Assembly (NCBI RefSeq): GCF_000284455.1
Contig: NC_017039.1
Location: 3,210,001-3,242,000, forward strand
Direction: 5' to 3'
Source of the DNA: Synechocystis sp. PCC 6803 substr. PCC-P
Lineage (GTDB): Bacteria > Cyanobacteriota > Cyanobacteriia > Cyanobacteriales > Microcystaceae
Length of the DNA stretch: 32,000 bases
Both the position numbers and the translations under genes were made by a program. Positions 1-9,078 of the stretch are shown here, one piece after another (the stretch's first letter is position 1; each line of letters opens with the position of its first letter). The notes under the pieces are model-generated. The model was not told the origin of the DNA. It saw nothing but the letters and a program-made list of their open reading frames with translations, and searched no databases.

Positions 1-1
1 A

Positions 2-346
2 CAGTCAGGTTCATTCCAGTTTCCCCCCAGCCTTGAAGTTTTCCACTGGCACGGTGAAACCTTTGATTTACCCCCAGGGGCAGAGTTAATTGCCTCCAGC
101 CAAGCTTGTCAGCATCAGGCTTTCCAAATTGGGCGATCGGCGATCGGTCTGCAATGCCATTTGGAAACTACCCCCACAGCGGCCCAGGCTTTAGTAGACA
201 ATTGTGCTGATGAATTGATCCTTGGCCCCTTTGTGCAGGATGCCACCACTATTTTGGCCGATAACCAAGCTAGATTTGCCACCATGGGCGCAGTTCTAGT
301 CCAATTGCTGGAATATCTACACCATCAAGTTATTACCCCTGCCTAA
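2..346 (+). CDS. 3' part of a class-I glutamine amidotransferase-like protein (5' end outside the window)
   Basis: The frame of ORF 161..346 stays open back to base 2. Translation reads ..[39 protein letters not shown].., which resembles the C-terminal GATase1/GuaA-like pattern including a His-x-Glu. Stop TAA is at 344-346. Confidence 0.6.
   Translation, partial: QSGSFQFPPSLEVFHWHGETFDLPPGAELIASSQACQHQAFQIGRSAIGLQCHLETTPTAAQALVDNCADELILGPFVQDATTILADNQARFATMGAVLVQLLEYLHHQVITPA
132..147. repeat. Tandem HIP1-like motif GGCGATCGGCGATCG; the same 15-mer recurs at 12085-12099
   Basis: Read directly from the sequence. Single HIP1 octamers (GCGATCGC) were verified at 460-467, 3323-3330, 3513-3520 and 4107-4114, and many more are visible across the window. 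Confidence 0.8.
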
Positions 347-425
347 TCCCCTGGCTCCCAATCCCTAGAAGCGGAGAATATGGCACAATCTAGGGAGAAT
401 ACTACGGTAACAACACCATCTCCCC

Positions 426-1022
426 ATGATTCCAACCGTCATTGAAACGTCTGGGCGTGGCGATCGCGCCTTTGATATTTATTCCCGCCTACTCCGGGAG
501 CGGATTGTCTTCCTGGGGCAAGAAGTCCGGGATGAGAACGCCAATTTAGTTGTTGCCCAACTGCTGTTTTTGGAAGCGGAAGATCCGGAAAAAGACATTT
601 ATCTTTACATCAACTCCCCCGGAGGCTCGGTGTCGGCAGGACTAGGAATTTTCGACACCATGAACCAGATCCGCCCCGATGTGTGTACCATCTGCATCGG
701 TTTAGCGGCCAGCATGGGGGCTTTTCTCCTTAGTGCTGGAGCCAAAGGTAAGCGCATGAGTTTGCCCAACTCCCGCATCATGATTCACCAACCCCTAGGG
801 GGAGCCCAGGGCCAAGCCACGGATATTGAAATTCAAGCCAAAGAGATTCTTTATCTTAAAGCACTACTTAACCAACATTTGGCCAACCACACTGGCAAAT
901 CCCTAGAGGAAATTACCGCCGATACGGAACGGGATTTCTTTATGTCCGCTGAGGAATCGAAGGAATATGGCTTGATTGACCAGGTAATTAACCGTCGTCC
1001 TTCCGCCAGTGACCCTATTTAA
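426..1022 (+). CDS. clpP: ATP-dependent Clp protease proteolytic subunit
   Basis: 198 aa with a typical ClpP N-terminus (VIE.[23 protein letters not shown]). Catalytic contexts are GLAASMGAF (Ser), IMIHQP (His) and ERDFFMSA (Asp). Confidence 0.95.
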   Translation: MIPTVIETSGRGDRAFDIYSRLLRERIVFLGQEVRDENANLVVAQLLFLEAEDPEKDIYLYINSPGGSVSAGLGIFDTMNQIRPDVCTICIGLAASMGAFLLSAGAKGKRMSLPNSRIMIHQPLGGAQGQATDIEIQAKEILYLKALLNQHLANHTGKSLEEITADTERDFFMSAEESKEYGLIDQVINRRPSASDPI

Positions 1023-1099
1023 CCGCTGTATTAGCTCCCCAATAGCTGTTACAAATTGACCCGACCATAAAACTTTCCCAATTCCCTTCCTGACTGTCC

Positions 1100-2338
1100 G
1101 TGAACATTACTTCCCCTCTTTCTGCCCCTAGTCATCAGTATCCCGACGCCCTGGGTCGTTTTGGCAATTATGGCGGCAAATATGTGCCTGAAACTTTAAT
1201 GCCGGCTCTGACGGAGTTGGAGGAAGCTTACTATCGCTACCGGGCGGAGAGTTCCTTTCAGGAAGAGTTAGCGGGGTTATTAAAAGACTATGTGGGCCGT
1301 TCCTCTCCCCTATATTTTGCGGAAAGATTAAGCGCCCATTACGCCCGTCCCGACGGAACCTATCCTTTGATTTACCTCAAACGAGAAGATTTAAACCATA
1401 CGGGGGCCCACAAAATTAATAACGCCCTGGGCCAGGTTCTCCTTGCCAAACGCATGGGGAAAAAGCGGATCATTGCCGAAACTGGTGCTGGTCAACACGG
1501 GGTGGCAACGGCTACGGTGTGTGCTCGCTTTGGCTTGGAATGCATCATCTACATGGGGGTGCAGGATATGGAGCGGCAAAAGCTGAATGTCTTTCGCATG
1601 AATTTGCTGGGGGCCAGGGTGCAACCAGTCACAGCGGGCACTGGAACCCTCAAGGATGCTACCTCTGAAGCAATCCGGGATTGGGTCACCAATGTGGAAA
1701 CTACCCATTACATTCTTGGCTCTGTGGCCGGACCCCATCCTTACCCCATGATGGTGCGGGACTTCCACCGGGTCATTGGCCAGGAAACTCGCCAACAGGC
1801 ATTGAAAAAATGGGGCGGTCTGCCGGATATCTTGCTGGCTTGTGTGGGGGGCGGCTCCAACGCCATGGGGCTGTTCTACGATTTCATTGATGAGCCAGCA
1901 GTGCGGTTAATTGGTATCGAAGCGGCAGGGGAAAGCATTGTCTCCGGTAAGCATGCGGCCACTTTAACCATGGGTAAACCGGGGGTGTTACATGGGGCCA
2001 TGAGTTATTTACTCCAGGATAAGGAGGGTCAAGTAACGGAAGCCCATTCCATTAGTGCTGGTTTAGATTATCCCGGTGTGGGCCCAGAACATAGCTATCT
2101 CAAGGATGCGGGACGGGCAGAATATTACAGTGTCACCGACCAAGAGGCGATCACCGCTTTGCAGAGATTATCGCAATTGGAAGGAATTATTCCTGCTCTG
2201 GAAACTGCCCATGCCTTTGCCTACCTAGAGACTCTCTGCCCGCAACTGAAAAATGGCGAGCGGATTGTGATCAACTGCTCCGGCCGCGGGGATAAGGACG
2301 TACAAACGGTGGCTAAATATCTCCAGATGGAAATTTAA
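1100..2338 (+). CDS. trpB: Tryptophan synthase beta chain
   Basis: 412 aa with a GTG start. Contains [15 protein letters not shown], the PLP-lysine context HTGAHKINN, and GGGSNAMG. No in-frame ATG lies upstream. Confidence 0.95.
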   Translation: MNITSPLSAPSHQYPDALGRFGNYGGKYVPETLMPALTELEEAYYRYRAESSFQEELAGLLKDYVGRSSPLYFAERLSAHYARPDGTYPLIYLKREDLNHTGAHKINNALGQVLLAKRMGKKRIIAETGAGQHGVATATVCARFGLECIIYMGVQDMERQKLNVFRMNLLGARVQPVTAGTGTLKDATSEAIRDWVTNVETTHYILGSVAGPHPYPMMVRDFHRVIGQETRQQALKKWGGLPDILLACVGGGSNAMGLFYDFIDEPAVRLIGIEAAGESIVSGKHAATLTMGKPGVLHGAMSYLLQDKEGQVTEAHSISAGLDYPGVGPEHSYLKDAGRAEYYSVTDQEAITALQRLSQLEGIIPALETAHAFAYLETLCPQLKNGERIVINCSGRGDKDVQTVAKYLQMEI

Positions 2339-2380
2339 CCGGTCAAATTTTCCTTAAAAGTGGCTTTGACAATGGATTAA

Positions 2381-2400
2381 TTTCCCCAGGCCCAGGGAAA
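2381..2400. terminator. Candidate hairpin between convergent trpB and the TPR-CHAT gene
   Basis: TTTCCC-caggccca-GGGAAA forms a 6-bp stem with an 8-nt loop. It lies 43 nt after the trpB stop and 9 nt after the CHAT gene stop. The flanking A/T runs are weak. Confidence 0.25.
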
Positions 2401-2408
2401 AAGAATAA

Positions 2409-5381
2409 TTACTCTGCTTCCCCGATTAGGGTAAAAGCGCCCCAATAATAGGGCTCCGGATACTCTTCCTTGAGTTGGAGCATGGCTTGGCGGAGGGCAG
2501 CGGCTTTGCCTAATCCCTGCTGTTGCCATTTTTGGTAAAACTCGGTCATCAGTTTTTCTGTGGAAGCATCATCCACACTCCAGAGGCTAACCAAAATACT
2601 TGGTACCCCCGCCGCAATTAGGGAACGGGAAAGGCCGATTACCCCATCGCCGGTGATTTCTCCCTGGCCTGTGTCACAGGCACTAAGGATGGCAATGTCC
2701 GCATGGAGGGGGTTAGTTTCAAAATGGTCAAAAATCTCCGCCGCTGTGATGCGCCCCGGGGTGCTCAGTAAATCTTCTTTGCTTTGGTCCGGTTCCGCCG
2801 TCAGGTAAATGGCGCTTTCCAAACCGTTTTGCTCGTCAAAGCTGGCATGGGTGGCAAAATGCAACACTTCAGCCCGGGGCATTTGGGCCAAGACCGCTGC
2901 TTCCCTAGCTTGTTTACCGATTAGGGGTTGCACCCCCAACAGTTGACCAATTTGTTTTGCTTCATTAGCGGCATTGGTTAAATTATCGAGGTTATCGGGA
3001 TAGGGGTAGGGATTGCCCACCACTAGGGCCGGGGTCAGATTTAATGCCTGCTGTTTGAGCCGTTGTTTTTGTTGGGCCGTTTGGGCTAGTACCTGGATGG
3101 AAGGGGCCGTGAGGATGGTGTGTTTCTCAATTAAATACTGACCATTACTGTCCTGGAGAGCGGGAAAGGGAATGCCAAATAAGGCTCCCTGAGGAATAAA
3201 AATAATAGGGGCATCGGCATTGTTGGGTAACAGGTCGGCAATGGGGTCGATCAGAATTTGGTGAAGTTGTTGTAGGGAGGCGCTGGCTTCCTGGGCGGTG
3301 CGGCGGGCAATGATATCAGAAGGCGATCGCCTGGTGACGGATTGTCTAGTGGTTTGGAGTAACTGCACAAAATCCACGTCTTGCAAATCTTGGTTGAAGT
3401 CCATCTGGCGGAATTCCATGGTGCCGTTGGGGGCAATGACATAGATGTACAGCTTGATTGGGGAAGCGAGATCCTTGGTGGGAATCAGAGCGTAGGTGAC
3501 CAGGGTACTTTGGCGATCGCCAGCAATTTTTTTCAGGGCGGCAATGGTGGGTTTTTCGGTGGGGATAAAATTAGCATCTCGGGCAAAACGTTTATTGAGC
3601 AGTTCTACTAAGGCCCTGGCCCGGCCCCGTTCAGCAACTTCCAAAGCTACAGCGGGTTCATTTTGGGCAATTAAACTTTCCTGTAAACGAAAATAATTGT
3701 ACAGATAGGTATCAAAGTAGGAAACTTTTAGTTCATCACTTAAATCTTCGCTGTTAATTGATTCAAATAAATCGATAGCTTGGGTTAAAAATAAGGTAGA
3801 TTTGTCATATTTTCTTTGATCAAATTCGACGTAACCAATATTGCTGAGAATGGTTGCTTCTAGCCCCACATTTTTAACTGCTCGACTGAGGGACAAAGCC
3901 TGTTCGTAGTAATTTAATGCCTGGTCATAATCCTCACGGGCATAGTAAATTGTCCCAATATTATTTAAGGTTAAAGCTTCCCCATCCCGGTCTTTAATTT
4001 CCCGACGTAGGACTAACGCTTGTTGATAATAGTCCATGGCTTGATTAAGTTCACCCAAGCCGTCATACACGTAACCAATATTGCTCAAAATTGCTCCTTC
4101 CACCAGGCGATCGCCAGTTTCTTGGGATATTTTTAGGGCTTCTTTGTAGTAGGTTAAAGCTTCATCTTTTTCACCAACACTATCATAGAGCAATGCAATA
4201 TTATTTAGTCGTATCCCTTCCCCAGAGCGATCACCTACCAATCGGGCTAACTCCAAAGCCTGTTGATAATATTCTAGGGCCTGGGCTTTTTGCCCCAATC
4301 CATCTAAAACTAAGGCGATGTTACTAATGACTGAACCTTGGAGGGATTGGTCCCCCACCGCCTCCGCAATGATTAAAGATTCGATGTAATATTGCAGAGC
4401 CTTATCCTTTTCGCCAAAGCCATCGTACACCAAAGCAATGTTATTTAAACGCACTGCTTCCCCCTGGCGATCGCCCACTGAACGGGACATGGTTAGGGCT
4501 TCTTGGTAATATTCCAGTGCCTTCTCCCTTTCTCCTAAGTTGTTATAAGCCAAGCCAATATTGCTGAGGCTAGTGCCGATGGTTTCTAAATCATTGAGGC
4601 TTTTTCCTAAGGCTAGGGCTTCAGCGTAATATTGCAAAGCTTTTTCACTTTCTCCTAAGTTATCGTAGGCTACTCCCAAGTTATTAATGGTGGTCATTTC
4701 TTCGGTTTTGTCGCCAGCTTGACGGATTAAAACCAGAGCCTGTTGATAAAAATCAATGGCTTTTTTTCGATCTGCTAAGGCATTATAAATACTACCAATA
4801 TTATTTAGGGTAGCTCCCTCTAGGGCCTTATCTTGCAACTGTTGGGCCAAGGGAATCGCTTGTTCATAATAGGCCAGAGCTTGGGATTTTTCGCCAAAGT
4901 CAGAATAGATGGTGCCTAAACGATTGAGAGCAAATACTGTTTCCCGATTAACAATGCCTATTTGCCGATAAAATTCCAAACCTTGGGTAAATAATTCGAT
5001 GGCCTGGAGTAAGGATTCCTTTGAACCTTCATCCATCATGGCCTGGGCTTTAATTAAGGATTGATGCCCTTGGATTTCGACTAGTTGGTTAGCATCGGGC
5101 AGAATAATTTGCAGTTTATATTTTCCCGTTACCCCTGATTTATTACTAGTAACCACTACCCCATACCCTTGGGGATCGATTTGATTGATTAAAATCCCCG
5201 CATTAGTGTCATATAAATCATCATTTTCTGCCAACTTATTACCTTCCCCATCCATCAAGATTAAATAAGGATCAAAATCTTGGCTTTCTAGGTAAATTAA
5301 GACGGGCTGATCCGCCGTTAATTTGAGGGGATAAAGGTCAAAAATTACTCCATTGTCCGCACTTAAATCCCCCGCTTCCAA
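2409..5381 (-). CDS. Multidomain protein: PPC-like N-terminal domain, 40-residue TPR array, C-terminal CHAT (caspase-like) domain
   Basis: 990-aa ORF from TTG 5381. N-terminus (about 5090-5381): G.L...D....D.Y.L....Q.V.IYL.S.DFDPYL.L.D..G..LA.NDD, resembling a pre-peptidase C-terminal domain. Positions 3801-4880: nine consecutive 40-aa units of type AL.YY.QAL.L.R..GDR.GEA..LNNIG.VY..LGE..K. About 2412-3290: CHAT-like region with His context HFATHASF and Cys context ILSACDTGQG. The true 5' end is uncertain (see 5408-5479). Confidence 0.85.
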   Translation of the reverse strand: MEAGDLSADNGVIFDLYPLKLTADQPVLIYLESQDFDPYLILMDGEGNKLAENDDLYDTNAGILINQIDPQGYGVVVTSNKSGVTGKYKLQIILPDANQLVEIQGHQSLIKAQAMMDEGSKESLLQAIELFTQGLEFYRQIGIVNRETVFALNRLGTIYSDFGEKSQALAYYEQAIPLAQQLQDKALEGATLNNIGSIYNALADRKKAIDFYQQALVLIRQAGDKTEEMTTINNLGVAYDNLGESEKALQYYAEALALGKSLNDLETIGTSLSNIGLAYNNLGEREKALEYYQEALTMSRSVGDRQGEAVRLNNIALVYDGFGEKDKALQYYIESLIIAEAVGDQSLQGSVISNIALVLDGLGQKAQALEYYQQALELARLVGDRSGEGIRLNNIALLYDSVGEKDEALTYYKEALKISQETGDRLVEGAILSNIGYVYDGLGELNQAMDYYQQALVLRREIKDRDGEALTLNNIGTIYYAREDYDQALNYYEQALSLSRAVKNVGLEATILSNIGYVEFDQRKYDKSTLFLTQAIDLFESINSEDLSDELKVSYFDTYLYNYFRLQESLIAQNEPAVALEVAERGRARALVELLNKRFARDANFIPTEKPTIAALKKIAGDRQSTLVTYALIPTKDLASPIKLYIYVIAPNGTMEFRQMDFNQDLQDVDFVQLLQTTRQSVTRRSPSDIIARRTAQEASASLQQLHQILIDPIADLLPNNADAPIIFIPQGALFGIPFPALQDSNGQYLIEKHTILTAPSIQVLAQTAQQKQRLKQQALNLTPALVVGNPYPYPDNLDNLTNAANEAKQIGQLLGVQPLIGKQAREAAVLAQMPRAEVLHFATHASFDEQNGLESAIYLTAEPDQSKEDLLSTPGRITAAEIFDHFETNPLHADIAILSACDTGQGEITGDGVIGLSRSLIAAGVPSILVSLWSVDDASTEKLMTEFYQKWQQQGLGKAAALRQAMLQLKEEYPEPYYWGAFTLIGEAE

Positions 5382-5407
5382 CTCTCCGACGGCGCTATCA
5401 ATAATTT

Positions 5408-5479
5408 CTACCTGTTCTTGGCTATAGGCAGGGCAGGAAAGAAAAAAAAACTAAGAATTAATAGCCAAGGGCAGCGCAT
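5408..5479 (-). other. Out-of-frame leader ORF with signal-peptide character, probably the displaced 5' end of the TPR-CHAT gene
   Basis: ATG at 5479 with GGAG 8 nt upstream. It encodes MRCPWLLILSFFFFPALPIAKNR with a stop at 5408-5410. It meets the CHAT reading frame inside the homopolymer at 5442-5450. Confidence 0.5.
5442..5450. repeat. A9 homopolymer (T9 on the coding strand of the CHAT gene)
   Basis: Read directly from the sequence: g-aaaaaaaaa-c. Confidence 0.95.
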
Positions 5480-5682
5480 GGTGGTTTCTCCAGGCAAAAG
5501 TCAGAATTAGTCGAGATCAGCTAGGGGAAGTGAGCAAAAACTATAATTATTAGCTAGTTATTGATAGGCTATTGTTCCTGTTACTGGGCAGTCCCCCAGG
5601 AAAATTCTAGAACATCAAAGTCGTTATGATGATAAACACAACTAATATTCTTGTTGTTTGCCGTTCGCTCTAGATAGCTCCC

Positions 5683-6483
5683 ATGCTTGATTCAAACTCG
5701 TTAGTGATTTACTCCCCGGACAGCAAAGGCGATCGCCAGGATTCCCACCCTAGTGATGCACTACTACGCCTAGAGGGAGTATCAAAAATTTATGGGGCAG
5801 GGCCAACGGAGGTCAGGGCCTTGGCCGATGTTAGTTTGGCGATCGAACGGGGGAGTTACTGCGCCATTATGGGGGCTTCCGGATCGGGGAAATCCACCAT
5901 GATGAATATTATTGGTTGCCTAGACCGTCCTACCCTGGGGCACTATTTTCTTGACGGGGAAGATGTATCCGGTTTGAGTGCCGATCAGTTGGCCAAAATT
6001 CGTAACCGCAAAATTGGCTTTGTTTTTCAGCAATTTTACCTGTTGCCCCAGATGAGCGCCCTGGAAAATGTCATGTTGCCAATGATCTATGCGGGCATAC
6101 CAGCGGAAACCAGGAAGGAAAAGGCCATTGCCGCCTTGGTTAGAGTTGGTCTGAGTCAACGGTTACATAACCGTCCCAATCAATTGTCCGGGGGACAGCA
6201 ACAACGGGTGGCGATCGCCAGGGCCATTGTCAACGAGCCGCTGTTGCTGCTGGCCGACGAACCCACTGGAGCATTGGATTCCCACACCACCGAGGAAGTG
6301 TTAGCCATTTTTGAACAGCTCCATAGCACGGGCATTACCATTGTGGTGGTCACCCACGAAGCTGATGTGGCTAGCCATGGAGAACGAATCATTTCTTTCC
6401 AGGACGGCCAAATTCTCCGGGATCAGATGATTAAAACCATTCCCCACGGGATAGAAGAATTTCGTAACAAAGAGTTGGGATAA
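5683..6483 (+). CDS. ABC transporter ATP-binding subunit, MacB/LolD/FtsE-like class
   Basis: Walker A GASGSGKST, Q-loop FVFQQF, signature LSGGQQQRVAIARA, Walker B LLLADEPTGALD, H-loop VTHE. There is about 35 aa of N-terminal extension before the core. Confidence 0.9.
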   Translation: MLDSNSLVIYSPDSKGDRQDSHPSDALLRLEGVSKIYGAGPTEVRALADVSLAIERGSYCAIMGASGSGKSTMMNIIGCLDRPTLGHYFLDGEDVSGLSADQLAKIRNRKIGFVFQQFYLLPQMSALENVMLPMIYAGIPAETRKEKAIAALVRVGLSQRLHNRPNQLSGGQQQRVAIARAIVNEPLLLLADEPTGALDSHTTEEVLAIFEQLHSTGITIVVVTHEADVASHGERIISFQDGQILRDQMIKTIPHGIEEFRNKELG

Positions 6484-6506
6484 TCTGGACTTCTAGCCCA
6501 CACTGG

Positions 6507-6959
6507 CTAAATTGGTCGGTACACCACTGCATAGTCCCCTTCCCGGTTATCCGGCAATAGGAACCCCTTACGACAAAGAACATCAATGGTTTCTTTCACC
6601 TTTTGGGGATCTTCGCCAGTGGCCACAATACATTCACTGACTGTCGCGCCGATCGCCTTGGCGGCACAGGTTTTAATAATCAGCACATCCAGCCGTTCTG
6701 TGGTGTTAACTGGCGGGGGCGTAACTATCGGAGTAGGAGGGGAGGCTAGGTAATGTTTGTGGTTGTAGATGGCATTGAACTTTCTCTCATCCATGGTGCC
6801 AAGGATAATCACATCAATAAACCCCAATATTGTGGGAATACCTGTCCAAGAAAAGATGAGATAGGCTATGCCCGCAAATATATGGCCTAGATAAAATTTA
6901 TGTAGTCCAAAACTGCCAAACAAAAGGGCAAAAATTAGGGCAACAAAGCGATTTTTCAT
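6507..6959 (-). CDS. TM2-domain membrane protein with a Pro-rich linker and a small soluble C-terminal domain
   Basis: The N-terminus ALLFGSFGLHKFYLGHIFAGIAYLIFSWTGIPTILGFIDVI matches the two-helix TM2 pattern. It is followed by PPTPIVTPPP and about 70 soluble residues. Confidence 0.7.
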   Translation of the reverse strand: MKNRFVALIFALLFGSFGLHKFYLGHIFAGIAYLIFSWTGIPTILGFIDVIILGTMDERKFNAIYNHKHYLASPPTPIVTPPPVNTTERLDVLIIKTCAAKAIGATVSECIVATGEDPQKVKETIDVLCRKGFLLPDNREGDYAVVYRPI

Positions 6960-6985
6960 AGCGGCTGGTGAAAGGAAACCGGCAC

Positions 6986-7852
6986 CTACTGACGATGCTC
7001 AACAACAAAAGCGGAATGGGTCCAAGCCCCCCTATTGTCATAGTAACGGATCAGCCTTTGTCGTTCGTTGGGGCGCACCAACCAGCCCACTTCCCCCGAA
7101 AAGGGTTGTCCCAATTGCAGGCGATCGGGGGTGCAAGAAGAAGCGCCGTCTGGTAGTAGTAAAACCTTGCTGGGGTTGGGGCCAAGAAAATGAATCTGAT
7201 CGCCCATCACTTTCCCTTGCATCACTGAAGTTTGTCCTTGCACAGTCACCCGTTGTTCCACGGAATCCCCCGTTTGACTCAGGCTAATTTCCATAGTGCT
7301 CAGTTCCGGTTCTCGCCAGTCGGGGTAGCCAGTATAAACCTGGCATTGCCAAGTGCCCAATAGTTGCTCCACCTTTAATGCTGGTCTTTCCTGGGCATCA
7401 CTCCCCCGGCGAAATTCTCGGATAAACGTCAGGCTAGCTAAGCTTAATCCTTTGTCATACAATTGCACGAATCTCATACGGCGATCGCCATCCACAAAGC
7501 CAAATTCCGCCCCAAACTCACTGAAGGGAGCCAACTGCCATGGCCCTTTGGAAAAAGCACCGGTGCCAAAGAAAATGATTTGTCGCCCTAGGGAACGGTA
7601 ATCCTGGCTATAGTCCTGAGTGGGAGGGTCTTGGTAATCGGGATTATCGTAGCGCCGCAGGCGAAACTTGACTAACTTGTCATCATCCAATCCTTCCAGG
7701 GTGAGTATGGAAGGAGTATTGCTCAATATTTCTCCTTGGGGAGATAAGCGGGTAAAACTGCCCTGCCATTCCCCTAAATTTTTGAGAAAGTTTTCCCAGT
7801 TAGCCATGGTCATTTGCCCTTGTGATTGGTTCCGCTGTTTTCGAACGATCAA
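6986..7852 (-). CDS. Conserved cyanobacterial/plastid-lineage protein of unknown function (DUF3598-like)
   Basis: The N-terminal WENFLKNLGEWQGSFTRLSPQGE matches my memory of the DUF3598 family. The likely real start is ATG 7813 (MTMANW) or 7807 rather than 7852. Stop TAG is at 6986-6988. Confidence 0.65.
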   Translation of the reverse strand: MIVRKQRNQSQGQMTMANWENFLKNLGEWQGSFTRLSPQGEILSNTPSILTLEGLDDDKLVKFRLRRYDNPDYQDPPTQDYSQDYRSLGRQIIFFGTGAFSKGPWQLAPFSEFGAEFGFVDGDRRMRFVQLYDKGLSLASLTFIREFRRGSDAQERPALKVEQLLGTWQCQVYTGYPDWREPELSTMEISLSQTGDSVEQRVTVQGQTSVMQGKVMGDQIHFLGPNPSKVLLLPDGASSCTPDRLQLGQPFSGEVGWLVRPNERQRLIRYYDNRGAWTHSAFVVEHRQ

Positions 7853-7989
7853 TTAAACAATTAAAATCATTCTCCCATTTCCCCATCCTCTCCCCTCTGT
7901 GGGCAAGCTTTTCCAGAAATACTGGTTTATCATCGGGGAAAATATGGCTCAGTTTTGCGAGCTAGTTCTAGATTTCTTTCAACCCCCCC

Positions 7990-8934
7990 ATGGAAACTAT
8001 TCGCCTTGGCCCCAACGGCCCCTCCATTGCTCCCCTGGGTTTGGGTACTTGGTCCTGGGGAGACACCCTGTTTTGGGCCTACGGTAAGGACTTTGGCCCG
8101 CAAGAAGTAGAGGGGGCTTTTCATGCTTCCCTGGAGGCCGGAGTTACCTTAATTGACACTGCTGAAATTTATGGTTTTGGGGAATCAGAGCGCCTCATTG
8201 GCCGTTTTTGCCGAGAAAAAACCCAAAAAGTGGAAATTGCGACTAAATACTTTCCCTTGCCATGGCGTTGGCAGCGTTCTGACATCACTAAAGCTTTAAC
8301 TGCCAGTCTGGAACGTTTGCAAATGGACACCATTTGTTTGTATCAAATCCATTGGCCCCTAGAATTTTGGCTCAAAACACCGGATTTCATGGCCGTGTTG
8401 GCCGCCGAGGTCAAAAAGGGTCGTATCCAGGCCGTAGGAGTTAGTAACTATTCCGCCCAGCAAATGGCGATCGCCCACGAATGTTTAGCAGCCCAAGGCA
8501 TTCCCCTCGCTAGCAATCAAGTTCCCTATTCTTTGCTCAACCGGGAGATTGAAAGCAACGGTATTTTGACCCAGGCCCGCCAGCTCAACGTCACTATTTT
8601 GGCCTATAGTCCCCTAGCTCAGGGGCTACTCACCGGCAAATATCGCCCCGAAAATTCTCCCAGTCTCCAGGGTGCCCGCCGTCTTGACCCCCGTTTTAGT
8701 ACCAAAGGATTGCGAAAATTAGCTCCCTTACTTACCCTCTTGGATACCCTGGCAGATAAACATGACAAAACCCCTGCCCAAATTGCCCTCAATTGGCTCA
8801 TAGCCCAAGGAAATGTTATTCCCATTCCGGGGGCAAAAAATGCTTCCCAAGCTCAACAGAATGCCGGAGCCTTGGGGTGGCAGTTAAACCCAGAGGAAAT
8901 TGAACAATTGCGAAGTGCTGCCCAAGGTATTTAA
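7990..8934 (+). CDS. Aldo/keto reductase family oxidoreductase
   Basis: 314 aa with LGLGTWSWG, IDTAEIYG, LYQIHWP and GVSNY motifs typical of the AKR family. Confidence 0.9.
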   Translation: METIRLGPNGPSIAPLGLGTWSWGDTLFWAYGKDFGPQEVEGAFHASLEAGVTLIDTAEIYGFGESERLIGRFCREKTQKVEIATKYFPLPWRWQRSDITKALTASLERLQMDTICLYQIHWPLEFWLKTPDFMAVLAAEVKKGRIQAVGVSNYSAQQMAIAHECLAAQGIPLASNQVPYSLLNREIESNGILTQARQLNVTILAYSPLAQGLLTGKYRPENSPSLQGARRLDPRFSTKGLRKLAPLLTLLDTLADKHDKTPAQIALNWLIAQGNVIPIPGAKNASQAQQNAGALGWQLNPEEIEQLRSAAQGI

Positions 8935-9078
8935 CAGGTATTTAAAAATGTGTTGGCAAACCAAGTCTTGACCTTTCTTTTTATTCCCTTAACTGTTCCT
9001 ATTAGACACCAGAAAGCCCTGAAAATTCAACTCAATCCCCCTCAAAACTACTGGCTTAGAAGATTTTTAGAGTAAACT

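Noticed and set aside
3801-4880. 120-nt periodic DNA similarity, considered as a tandem repeat or CRISPR-like array.
   Set aside because: The periodicity is the coding repeat of the 40-residue TPR units in one continuous ORF. There is no repeat-spacer structure.
5626-5673. A 15-codon upstream ORF (MMINTTNILVVCRSL) just before the ABC ATPase start.
   Set aside because: It is very short, has no ribosome-binding site, and I could see no attenuator-like structure. It is probably chance.
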